A DNA stretch of 64,000 bases, from the NCBI GenBank assembly GCA_001600695.1, contig BCKQ01000002.1, forward strand, positions 1,674,334 to 1,738,333. The letters are read 5' to 3'. Numbering within the stretch: the first letter of the stretch is position 1; the number at the start of each line of letters is the position of its first letter. The stretch is from Ascoidea asiatica JCM 7603. Its lineage: Eukaryota; Fungi; Ascomycota. Under the pieces are notes generated by a model. It saw only the letters and a program-made list of their open reading frames with translations, was not told the DNA's origin and searched no databases. A program made the translations under genes and the position numbers. Positions 49,001 to 59,250 of the stretch are shown here, in pieces.

Positions 49001-51573
49001 ACCTCATACTCTGGAATTAAAATCTCTTAAGTCCGAAATTGTATGAAAACTCATATTTTGCTTTACAAAACCCTTTTTGTTAGGAGATAGTCTTTTAGCC
49101 TTGAAGGTGTTTAAGAATACAATACGTAGATTTCTTCAGTATTCTGAGGGTGGGCAGCACTACTTAAAACAAGATTTTGTAGTAACTTTTTGTCAGCTTA
49201 TCCACCATTTATGTTTTATCCATTTTTTTTTTTTTTTACAAAAAAAAAGGAAATTAATTAGCAGTGAAAAACAAAACTACTTTTAATACAAGTTGGTTTC
49301 ATATTTTGCTTCTTCACCGAAAATCGCAAAAGTTTTGAAGATAATATGATAAGGTATGTAAAAAATAAGTATGTTATTAGGTTCTAAGCTATTGAAAACT
49401 TGATATCCAATTCCTTAAATCAAAATAGGTTGTTCACTAATTTTATTCAGAGAATTTCAAACATTCAAATTAGAGAGAATATCTTCAGATTCCAATATCC
49501 AAACAAATTTTGTTTTTTGAAATTCCTTTTCCAAGAATCTGACAGTCAGAAATCACTATTTAAACTCAAATAGTGTTACAATTCAATAAAAGAAAAAGAT
49601 TATTTTGCTTTATTCTCATAAGCAAAAATATTATAAAAAGTTGTTAAAAGAAAAGGGTTATTTGATCTTTTTTTTTCTCTCTCAAACAACATACCAATAA
49701 TTAGTCTCAAGAATCAAGAATTCACCCCTCTCATTATCAATTTTTTTCACGAGATATTAACATAAACAAAATTTCAAGCGTTTTGATTGGAAACGAACTC
49801 CATATTAAACATGTAACGTTACCAGAATTTTATGTAAATCCTTCAATTAAAAATGTGAGAATTCCTGTTCAGGAATTTGCAACTTTTGATGCCTTTTAAT
49901 ATATCTCCGTAATCAAAGGACTAATTAAAATTAATTAAAATTAATTAATGACTATTAATTTGTATTAACAAAACCGCACGATCCTTCAGATACGAATGAT
50001 TTTCTAAAGAAAACTTTTATACAGCAAAAAAAAGTATTCTTGGCTTGCTTAATTACTTTTTTTTTCATTATGATAGTAATCCAACCAATTAAATAAAAAC
50101 AAAAGCTTTATTCCTGATTCCACAGACTTAACTGTAGATCTAAGAGGATAATTACATTTTGTAAATCGCAACATAATTCAATAATTAAAATCACAATTAC
50201 TTCAAGCTTGATACAAAATTGTAGTCATATTTGTGCGATCACTGTAGCAATTAAAATATTATTAGGATACAAGCGATATGATTGTCGATTTGTAATCATT
50301 AATTAATAATGAAATGTAAGTTTATTACAACCAATATCCATATTATATTTTTTAATAAAGTCAGCTTTTTCTTTATTACTAAAAACATTTTCATACTCTA
50401 TTGATTTACTATCATACGCGATACTTTGAAAAGTGATTTTCTGTAGAGATCAGTGATTTTTAAATTCTTGTAAAAGGCAACTTGTTTTGTTCACTGTTAT
50501 TCATATCGATAAAGACTCTGAATAATAAAAAGCCAATTATTCAGTACAAAAAATGAATCCAGTGCAAGACAGACTGTAGAAATTTGTAATTAAAAGTGGA
50601 AAAAAACAGCTGATCTGAATATAATATTTTTTTTTGAAGAAACCCAAATAATCTTTCATTTCCACAAACGATTTAAAAAACAACAATGAAATAATGATCT
50701 TCGCATTTTCTATGATTCAATATTATAAAGCAACTAATTAAGTTAAGGATAAGTGGAATAATTCAACTTTTAAACCAATTCAATGAAATCCAATAAAATA
50801 AATATACAAACAGCTTATTGTTTTTTTTTGAGTACAGTAGGAAAATTTTAGAAACCTTGAAAGAGATTATCCTTTTTCTTTGACTACCACCAGCAAACAA
50901 ACAAAAATCCCAAAAAGTATTTTGAAGTTATAAGCATTAATGATGAACTTGTTGCTGATCTTGGGGAAGGTTGAGTTGATACTTTTTAAAAGATTTTCCA
51001 AATATTATTGATTTACAACAGACCAAACCTTTTCTAATAAAGCATATCTAAAAAGCGGATGAAGGATTTTCCGTGCCGCAATTTCCGTTCCGTTCTTCAA
51101 ACACAGGACCCTTTTTCACCTTTTCAATCTCTTAGGCCAACAAATGCTAATTACTGTAACGGTATGATACTTTTTAAATCGATAATATTATTTACTAATC
51201 GTTTTTCTTTTATTCAAATTTCAAAAAATCTGCCTTTGTATAAAAAAAAAGAATAAAGAAAGAATTTTAGAGTTACTGATGCTTTTATTTCATTTTGTCT
51301 CTATTTATTAAACTATTTATTCAATAGTAAATTGAGAATTTGATTCAAAAATATTTTACTTAAACATATAACTGTGATTATGAAACCAATAAATAATAAT
51401 AGCACTATGTCCTAGCACTTATTTAATGTAGGCATAGTTGTCAAATCTCCACCTAGAAATCAACTATAAATATCCAAATCACTAATATTTTGAGAAAAAA
51501 AGCTTTCTCTAGTAAATAATATTTCAAATCATGTTCAATAATCAGTTTTAATTAGTAAACCTGTATCAAAATT

Positions 51574-54180
51574 TTATGCCCTTTTTAAAATAGTGAATCT
51601 TGGCTTAGGTACATCATCGTTTGGTTTTGGAACTCTTTTAAGAATTGTTATTTTTTTCTTTTTTGGAGGAGTAACATTATTAATAAGAGGTTGTTTTGGG
51701 ATTTGAGAAAACAAATCATTCAGGTTTAATTTTACTTCCTGAATTGAATTATTTTTAGATTCCATAATACGTGAAGAGTTACCTCCAACCATTGAATTAT
51801 ATTGAGTATTATTTTCATTTTTATAAAATTCCTTTTCTGGGTTAGCAGATAAATCAGCAGGTTTCATAATTTTTTTTGATGATTCATTTCTTGATTGAGC
51901 AAAAAGTTCTAATGGATTTAATTTTTTTTCATTAATAAATTGCTTAGGGGTTCTAGAGGAATCTTGTGAATTAAGTAATTTTAACAAATCAAGACTATTG
52001 TTTCCAATTGTATTATTTGTATAATTATTAAAATCATCACTATTATCAGATCCTAAATCGGCAGAATTATCACTTAAACCAACATTTAATCGATTTTTAA
52101 TATCTAAATTTGCAAATTGATTACCAAACGAAATATCATCATATGACCTATCAGAAGAAGAAGGATTATCGGTTAATCTAGTGGTTGTTTCTGTGTCATT
52201 TATTAAAGATTCTTCATCAGCTATTTCACCACTGGTAGTAGAAAATGCTGGGGAAGAAGGACGATTTGGTTTCGAATTAAGTAAAGAAAGTAATTCTCTA
52301 GTATTTGATTGATTATTTAACTTTTTCTTATTTGATAAAACAGACATAGTAAATGAAGGTCTAGATAATTCTTCAGGGTCTGGACTGAAAATTGAAAAAT
52401 ATGGACCAGCGGGAGCCATTTCCGATTTTTCATTTTTAGTAGAAAAACTATCACAAGAATTTGATTTTTTATGAGATTTTCTAGGCGACGATTTCTTTTT
52501 TGGAGATTTTCTTGGTGGTGACTTATTATGAGAGTTTGAATTATTAGTTCTAGCAGTAACCATATTAATATTATTATTGTTATTATTATGAATTGCATTA
52601 TTATTAGAATTAATAAGATTTTCAATTAAATTACCATTAGTCAAAGAAATACCTTGAGTTGGTGGACTAATAATAGTTGGAAATGGTGGTTGAGATATTT
52701 GTATACGAGAGGCAAAAGGTGAATCATTCCTTTGATTAATTTGAGATTGTTGAAATTGAAATTGTTGTGAGGATGGTTGAATTTGTTGATGAGTTTGTTG
52801 TTGAGCATGCTGTACTTGTTGTTGTTGTTGGGATTGCAGATTTTGATGGGTAACATAAGGAGATGGTGGTGCTGCATATGAGTTAGAAAATCCGGGATAA
52901 AGAAGAACCAAAGGAACAGGAAAACTTTGTGGAGGCATGAAAGATTGTACGTATGGCATTTGATAAGAAACAGGATATTGTTGATGTTGTTGTTGTTGAG
53001 ATACCATAGGGGCAATCGGTGAATAGGGAAGCTGAGGTGATGATCTTGAGCCTTGTGTTTCATATTCTAATGTTTGAGGTTTTTGAAGTTCATTATTAAG
53101 AACTGATTGAATTGCAGGATCTGAAAATTCAGAAGATAAAGGCTGTTCAAGTAGTGTTTGTTTACGAGTAGTTTGTTTAGGAGTAGTTTGTTTAGGAGTT
53201 GTTTGTCTTGGAGTCGACTGTTTAGATAATGATAAATGTCTTTTTTCTAATAATTGTAAAATTTCTCTACCAGCAGATATTTGTTTCTTTGAATCTTCAG
53301 CATGATTTTTAGATTCTCCAATACCTAATTGTAATTTTAATTGAGATTCAGCATATTTTTTCATTGATTCTTCATCTTTTAAACCTTTTTCTTTATTAAC
53401 CCATTTTAATAAAGGCTTTATCATATAATTAATTATGTAATATTGATCATTATATGATTGATTTCCAGAATTATTATTTTTATTATTGTTATTATTATTA
53501 TTATTATATTTTTTAACATTTTTCATTTGTTTATTTACTTGTCTTGAAATTTGATCAATTTTTTTCCATTTAATATCTCTAATTTCATTTCTACCTTTTG
53601 GTAAAAAATTAAAATCTTCAGGAATATTTTTCATTAAATAAATTTTATAATTTTTACCCTTTATGGTTCTTTCAATATAAGATTCTTCATTTAAAAATGG
53701 AGAAACATCAAAACCAATTTCTTCAAAAGTTTCTCTAATTGCACAAGATATATCAGATTCATCTTTTGAAATTTTACCTCTTGGAAAACTCCAAGATGAT
53801 GATTCAGTACCTTTAACTAATAAAATTTTATCTAAATTTGAATTAAATAAAGCTGCACCTCTAACTGGTATTGTTGATTTATATTTACCAAATAATGATA
53901 TTGCAGAAGATGGATCATAAACATTCCACCATTTCCAAATTATTGGACATTTTTGTATTATTTTTTCAGAAAAAATCTTCATTTTTAAACTTGGTAATCT
54001 AGGATTTATTGATCTTATAAAATCAGTATAAAACCATTGAGCTTCTTCAATTTGAAAAAAAACTCTTTCTTCAGTTGATAAATCTTCTGCAGGACAATTT
54101 ATAACAAATCTTGCAAGAAGATCTTCTAAGACTTCATCTAGAGACTGATTAGCAAAACCATCTCTTAAAGATATAGACAT
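51574..54180 (-). CDS. DCP2: mRNA decapping enzyme catalytic subunit
   Basis: Box A LEDLLARFVINCP..ERVFFQIEEAQWFYTDF; Nudix box PRGKISKDESDISCAIRETFEEIG; leucine-rich motifs QLKLQLGI, RELLSLL and LDLLKLL. Confidence 0.97.
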   Translation of the reverse strand: MSISLRDGFANQSLDEVLEDLLARFVINCPAEDLSTEERVFFQIEEAQWFYTDFIRSINPRLPSLKMKIFSEKIIQKCPIIWKWWNVYDPSSAISLFGKYKSTIPVRGAALFNSNLDKILLVKGTESSSWSFPRGKISKDESDISCAIRETFEEIGFDVSPFLNEESYIERTIKGKNYKIYLMKNIPEDFNFLPKGRNEIRDIKWKKIDQISRQVNKQMKNVKKYNNNNNNNNKNNNSGNQSYNDQYYIINYMIKPLLKWVNKEKGLKDEESMKKYAESQLKLQLGIGESKNHAEDSKKQISAGREILQLLEKRHLSLSKQSTPRQTTPKQTTPKQTTRKQTLLEQPLSSEFSDPAIQSVLNNELQKPQTLEYETQGSRSSPQLPYSPIAPMVSQQQQHQQYPVSYQMPYVQSFMPPQSFPVPLVLLYPGFSNSYAAPPSPYVTHQNLQSQQQQQVQHAQQQTHQQIQPSSQQFQFQQSQINQRNDSPFASRIQISQPPFPTIISPPTQGISLTNGNLIENLINSNNNAIHNNNNNNINMVTARTNNSNSHNKSPPRKSPKKKSSPRKSHKKSNSCDSFSTKNEKSEMAPAGPYFSIFSPDPEELSRPSFTMSVLSNKKKLNNQSNTRELLSLLNSKPNRPSSPAFSTTSGEIADEESLINDTETTTRLTDNPSSSDRSYDDISFGNQFANLDIKNRLNVGLSDNSADLGSDNSDDFNNYTNNTIGNNSLDLLKLLNSQDSSRTPKQFINEKKLNPLELFAQSRNESSKKIMKPADLSANPEKEFYKNENNTQYNSMVGGNSSRIMESKNNSIQEVKLNLNDLFSQIPKQPLINNVTPPKKKKITILKRVPKPNDDVPKPRFTILKRA

Positions 54181-55218
54181 TTCGTGATTATATTATTAAT
54201 TAATATTAATATTGAATTATATATTTAGTAAAACTTGAATTATATTCTTTTAAACTGTTTTTTTCTTTCAATAAAGGATTATTATTAAGTAGTTTGAGAT
54301 TATTTTTTGTCTCTTTTTGCTGGCTATAGTGTATTTATAAACAAATAAGTATTTTTTAGTATTTTCTTTTCTAATGTATATAACATATATATATTGGGTA
54401 TTTTCAAAGTTCTTTCTTTCTTCAACTCTTTATATCTTTCTTTCTTTATTTCTTCGATCTCTGGATTCTAAATCTCAATCTGCATAAGCTCAGCATGATA
54501 CAAACACTCCAAGAGTCTGAGACTATCATTATCATTATCATTATATCATTATATCATTATCATTATCACCATCACCATCCTGAACATTATCCCTATTTCT
54601 TTGCGGTTTTCTTGCGGTTTTCTTGCAATTGGCTTCGAAATCCTTGATATTTCCGTGTGTTCCTGTGTTTCTGAGCTTTGGTGACCCTTTTCCCGCCCGT
54701 CTAGTTTTCTATTTCAACTGAATTTTAACTCTGATTCCAGCTCATTTTGAGGTTCTTTTTTGACTTTAGGTGAGTTTCAAATTTATTGGCATTGAAATAT
54801 ATATTAATACACTACTGTATATTCATTTATTGAATTGAATTTCTAAATGAAGTTACAGATTTGTTATTCAAATTATCTCAAAACAAATAAGATTAAGATT
54901 TTAAAGAACTATGTAAGATTTGTCATCTATTTAAAAAATTGAATTTTTTGTGGATACTAATTTCAAATGCTTTCAACTAATTCTAGATTATAATTTCACC
55001 TAAAATTTCACCTAAAACAGATTAATAAATTATTACTCATAAAACCTTTGTGAGACAAACTTATATAAAATAAGTTTTCATTTCTTTTTGAAAGTTCTTC
55101 TTGAAGCTTTTTCATGAATTTTTTCTTAAAAAATTTCACTTAAAACTTATTTAATTTAATTTAATTTAATTTAATTTAATTTAAAGTTATAAACTTTTAA
55201 TAAATGAAAATTAATTAA

Positions 55219-56215
55219 TTATTTATTTAATCTGTTTATATGACCATCATAATTTCCAACTCTATAATCAAGATGAACAAAACATCTTTCAACCATTGGT
55301 AAAGTTTCTATAGCATATTGAACAGCTTCACCAATATCATGACTATCTTTTAAATTTAAATTTCTATTTAACATTAAATCAATTTCAACATTAATATTAT
55401 CACCAACATGATAACAATTAATTTTTGTAATTTTTTCAATAGAATCAGAAAATCTTAAAGTTAAATATAAAACTTGATTTTCATCAAATTGAGAAGCTTT
55501 TGAACCTGTTAAATTATTTATATGTTCTAAAGCAGTTAAAGACCATGAAATTATAATATATATACTTAAAAATAAAGCACAAATTGGATCAAAATACCAA
55601 ATTTTAAAATAATAACCTAATAAAGGTATAAAAATTGAAAAAAAATTAAAAATTATATCAGTTAAAGCATCTTTTGATAAAGCTTGAATAGAAGAATTTT
55701 TAATTGATTTACACCATAAATAAATAAAAAATTTTATTAAAATTGTTAAAAACATAATAATTATTGAAATTAAATCAAAATTAAAATTAATTTTTTTTTT
55801 AATTAATGAATTTAAAGATTCTTGACCAACTTGAATAAAAGAAAAAATAATAATTATTGAAAAAATTAAAACTCCAATTGGTTCTAATCTTGATCTACCT
55901 ATAGGATATTTTGAATTTGATTTATTTGATAATGAATTTGTTAAATAAATTATTGTTGTTGATAAAAAATCTAAACATGAATCAACTAAAGAAGCTAAAA
56001 TTGATAATGAAGAAGTTAATAAAGTTGCAATAATTTTACCAATTAATAAAATTAAATTAACAAAATAATTTATTAAAATTGCTTTAATAATAAGTGAAGA
56101 ATCATAATCATCAAATAAAGTATTAATTTCTTTATCAATTGGTAATTTATGTTGTCTACTTGTATTTTTACTTAATTGAGATTGACTTTGAGATTGCAAA
56201 TCATTATTATTACTG

Positions 56216-56246
<31 letters not shown>

Positions 56247-56799
56247 CAAAAGGGCTAGGATTTGAATTAAATAATTGATCATTTAAATCAGTTCCATAAT
56301 TATTTAACATATTTTCTTGAATACCAGAATCTAATAATTTATCAACCATAATATATCTATTAATTAAATTATTTTGAAATTGATAAAATTTTTTAATTTT
56401 TTTATTATTTTTTTTTAAATTTTTTAAAAAAATTTCATCTTTATAATAATTATTCCAATTTTTTAAAGGTCTTGAAGTTTTATTACCAATTAACCTTTTT
56501 GGTCTCATATCAATTAAATTTTGAAATCTAGAAAAATTAATTTCTGCAAATTCATTAATATTATTATTTGAATTTAAATTTTCTTCACTTAAACTACATG
56601 ATCTACCACCAGAAGATATTGCACCAAGAGAAATTGAATTCATTAATGAAAATGATGCTCTACTTGGTCTTCTTTCTTGTTCATGATAATCAATTGTATT
56701 CAGAGTATGACTTCTTTTGATTATTGGATTTGAAGAATGAAGTCTTGATGGATCTGAATTTAAAGATGAAATTAATGGTGTATTCTCATTTACAGTCAT
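55219..56799 (-). CDS. Cation diffusion facilitator, Mn-CDF (plant MTP8-11-like) type
   Basis: SLSILASLVDSCLD (DxxxD), YPIGRSRLEPIG, KDALTD (DxxxD), HDIGE...VERCFVHLDY; N-terminal acidic dileucine-type ENTPLI. Confidence 0.9.
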
Positions 56800-57344
56800 T
56801 TTTTTATTTTTTTATTTTATTTTATTATTTTATTATTTCTAATTGAATTACCTTTTTTGTCTTATGAATTATTTTCTAAACTATTTTTCTAATACTATTT
56901 AAATCTTAGTTGTTGAAACATTTTCTGATAAAAGATAGGAAATGGAAAATAGAAAATGGAAATAGTCTTTATCCTTCGGAATCTCTTAGGTTAAGTTATT
57001 GCACTGCACTGTATTCAAGGGTGCTTGACAAGCAAGTAAATCAACCGCTGACAATCTCAAATATTCAAATATTCCCCGGGGCAGTGACTGCACAAACAAA
57101 CAGCAGCACAAGGAACCGCAGTCATGTGACAACGGCCGGGGCAGAACATCCTCAGACAACTCCGCACTGCGGAAATGATAGATCCAGTACTTTGGGTCAG
57201 TGCTTTCTCGAGGGTGATGCTGCTGGCGATGGTGATTCAGCTGCTGGTGCTGACACAAAGAGACAAGCAGAAGAAGCAGAAGAAGCAGAAGAAAGAGAAG
57301 AAAACACTTATTTAACATAGAATTGAATACTTTCTATTATCATT

Positions 57345-57354
57345 TATTTACATG
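57345..57354 (-). promoter_or_regulatory. Puf3 element CATGTAAATA in the MRPL37 3'UTR
   Basis: Plus strand TATTTACATG, about 100 nt after the stop. Confidence 0.75.
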
Positions 57355-57451
57355 TTATTGACTACCATTATACAATTATGAGATTTGATACTATTATTAT
57401 TAATAAAGTTAAGTTGAGATTAAATCTTATTATTTGTATAATGAAATTTGA

Positions 57452-57820
57452 TTATTTCATCTTAGCTAAGAAATTATTACCTTTTATTTTTTTAACATTG
57501 TTTTTTCTTAATAATTTTTTTCTTAATTTTATTGGATCTTTACTTAATTCTTCTTCTTGTTTGTTAGAATCTAATAAACTCCATAACCATTCAGGATATT
57601 CATTATCTTCTAAAGCAATAGGTTCATCTCCAGATTTATTTATTTTTAAATTCAATACTGTTCCTGCAACACATGATGACTTCATATTATTAATTGGCTT
57701 TTTATCTATATTTGATACTTTTTCATTATAAATTTTAAAAGATTGTGAAAATTTTCTTTTTTGATAATTTAATATATTCAATTTTTCTATTCTTATACTT
57801 TTTGTAAATGATTTAAACAT
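57452..57820 (-). CDS. MRPL37: Mitochondrial large-subunit ribosomal protein mL54
   Basis: SSCVAGTVLNLKI.KSGDEPIALEDNEYPEWLWSLL...LRK.N..KIK.NNFL. Confidence 0.93.
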   Translation of the reverse strand: MFKSFTKSIRIEKLNILNYQKRKFSQSFKIYNEKVSNIDKKPINNMKSSCVAGTVLNLKINKSGDEPIALEDNEYPEWLWSLLDSNKQEEELSKDPIKLRKKLLRKNNVKKIKGNNFLAKMK

Positions 57821-58191
57821 TGTAATTATGATTATATTTAAATATTTTTATTTTCCTTTATAATCCTATTATGATATTAATTCTATATTATTTTAATCTC
57901 AAGATTCAATTCTATATAAAATAATTGAGTTAAATTGAATTAATTCACCAATTTTCTTTTTTCAATTTTCAATTTTCAATTTTCTCACTGTTTAGTTTTT
58001 AAACTCTTTATTCAAAACCGCGCAATGCATTATGTGTAAAGATCAATGCGTTCACATTTTACATAAGCGCGTCCCATTCTTTAAGATAATTGAAGATAAT
58101 CTGAATTATTAAAGAAATATTAACTAAAAATATTGTATATTAATAAAAATAAAATAAAAATTATATCTACTTAAATTTAACAAACACAAAC

Positions 58192-59250
58192 TTATAGTTT
58201 AAAATTATTTACTTTCTTAAAAAGTAAATCAGTTGCTGCATTTGACCATCCAAATCCAGATTGATATCCATATCCACCATGTCCATAATTTGATATTAAA
58301 ATTTTATTTTCTGGTAAAATTTCTTTTTCAATTCTTGGTCCACCATGTCTATAAGGTCTTAAACCTGCTGCAACTCTTTTAATTTCTAAATCTTCAATTT
58401 TATTACCATTTAAATTTTCTTTTAAAATCTTTGGTAATAATTTTATTGTTCTTTTTAAAATATCTTCAGTTTCTTCACCAAATGTATCTCCTGTCCAATT
58501 ATCTTTTTGTATAAATCCTCCTAAAACTAATGAATCATTTGAATATGGTCTTGGAATTATATATGTTGCAGAATTTATACCCCATCTAACACAATTTTCT
58601 TTAATATGTGGTGCTTTAATAACAACAACTTGTCCTCTACCAGGATAAACATTAAAATCTTTAACTAATTCTCTTGCTCCAATACCTGAACAATTAAAAA
58701 CAATTTTAATATCATTATTAAAATATGCTTGAGAAATATGTGTTAATTTTTTTTTAATAAATTTAACATTTTTTGATTTCATATAATTTGTCATTTTTTT
58801 TAAAAAAATTGGACAATTAAAATTCCAAGTTATATAAGATATACCAAATTTAATTTTTGATTCATTTTTTAAATTTAATTCTTCTTTTGATAAAATTTTA
58901 AAATCTTTTAAATAACTTTTAAGTGAATTTAATTTAATTTCATTTGGTTTAAAATCCCAAAATTCAGTCATTGGAAACATATCTAAACCTGAATTTTTTG
59001 ATCCACCTAAAATTTTTTGAATTTTAAATAAATTTAAATATGTAAATTTATCCATTTTTAAAGTTAATGGATCTGAAGGAGAAATTGCACAAAAATTACC
59101 TCCTGCCCATGGTGATGTATAATAAGTTGATTGATCATCAGAAAAATATTCTGCAATAACTGTAATATCTTTAATACCTTTTTCAAGTAATGAAAAAACT
59201 GTATATAAACCAATAATTCCAGCACCTATAACTACAACTTTTTCACCCAT
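58192..59250 (-). CDS. DAO1: D-amino-acid oxidase (peroxisomal; PTS1-like FKL)
   Basis: VIGAGIIG, YTSPWAGGNF, RGQVVV, TYIIPRP, GLRPYR, NYGHGGYGYQ; very like Candida boidinii Dao1 as recalled. Confidence 0.92.
   Translation of the reverse strand: MGEKVVVIGAGIIGLYTVFSLLEKGIKDITVIAEYFSDDQSTYYTSPWAGGNFCAISPSDPLTLKMDKFTYLNLFKIQKILGGSKNSGLDMFPMTEFWDFKPNEIKLNSLKSYLKDFKILSKEELNLKNESKIKFGISYITWNFNCPIFLKKMTNYMKSKNVKFIKKKLTHISQAYFNNDIKIVFNCSGIGARELVKDFNVYPGRGQVVVIKAPHIKENCVRWGINSATYIIPRPYSNDSLVLGGFIQKDNWTGDTFGEETEDILKRTIKLLPKILKENLNGNKIEDLEIKRVAAGLRPYRHGGPRIEKEILPENKILISNYGHGGYGYQSGFGWSNAATDLLFKKVNNFKL

Noticed and set aside
56910-57320. 136-aa and 110-aa ORFs in the CDF promoter island
   Set aside because: Non-ATG starts, atypical codon usage and no domain; open only because the island is GC-rich.
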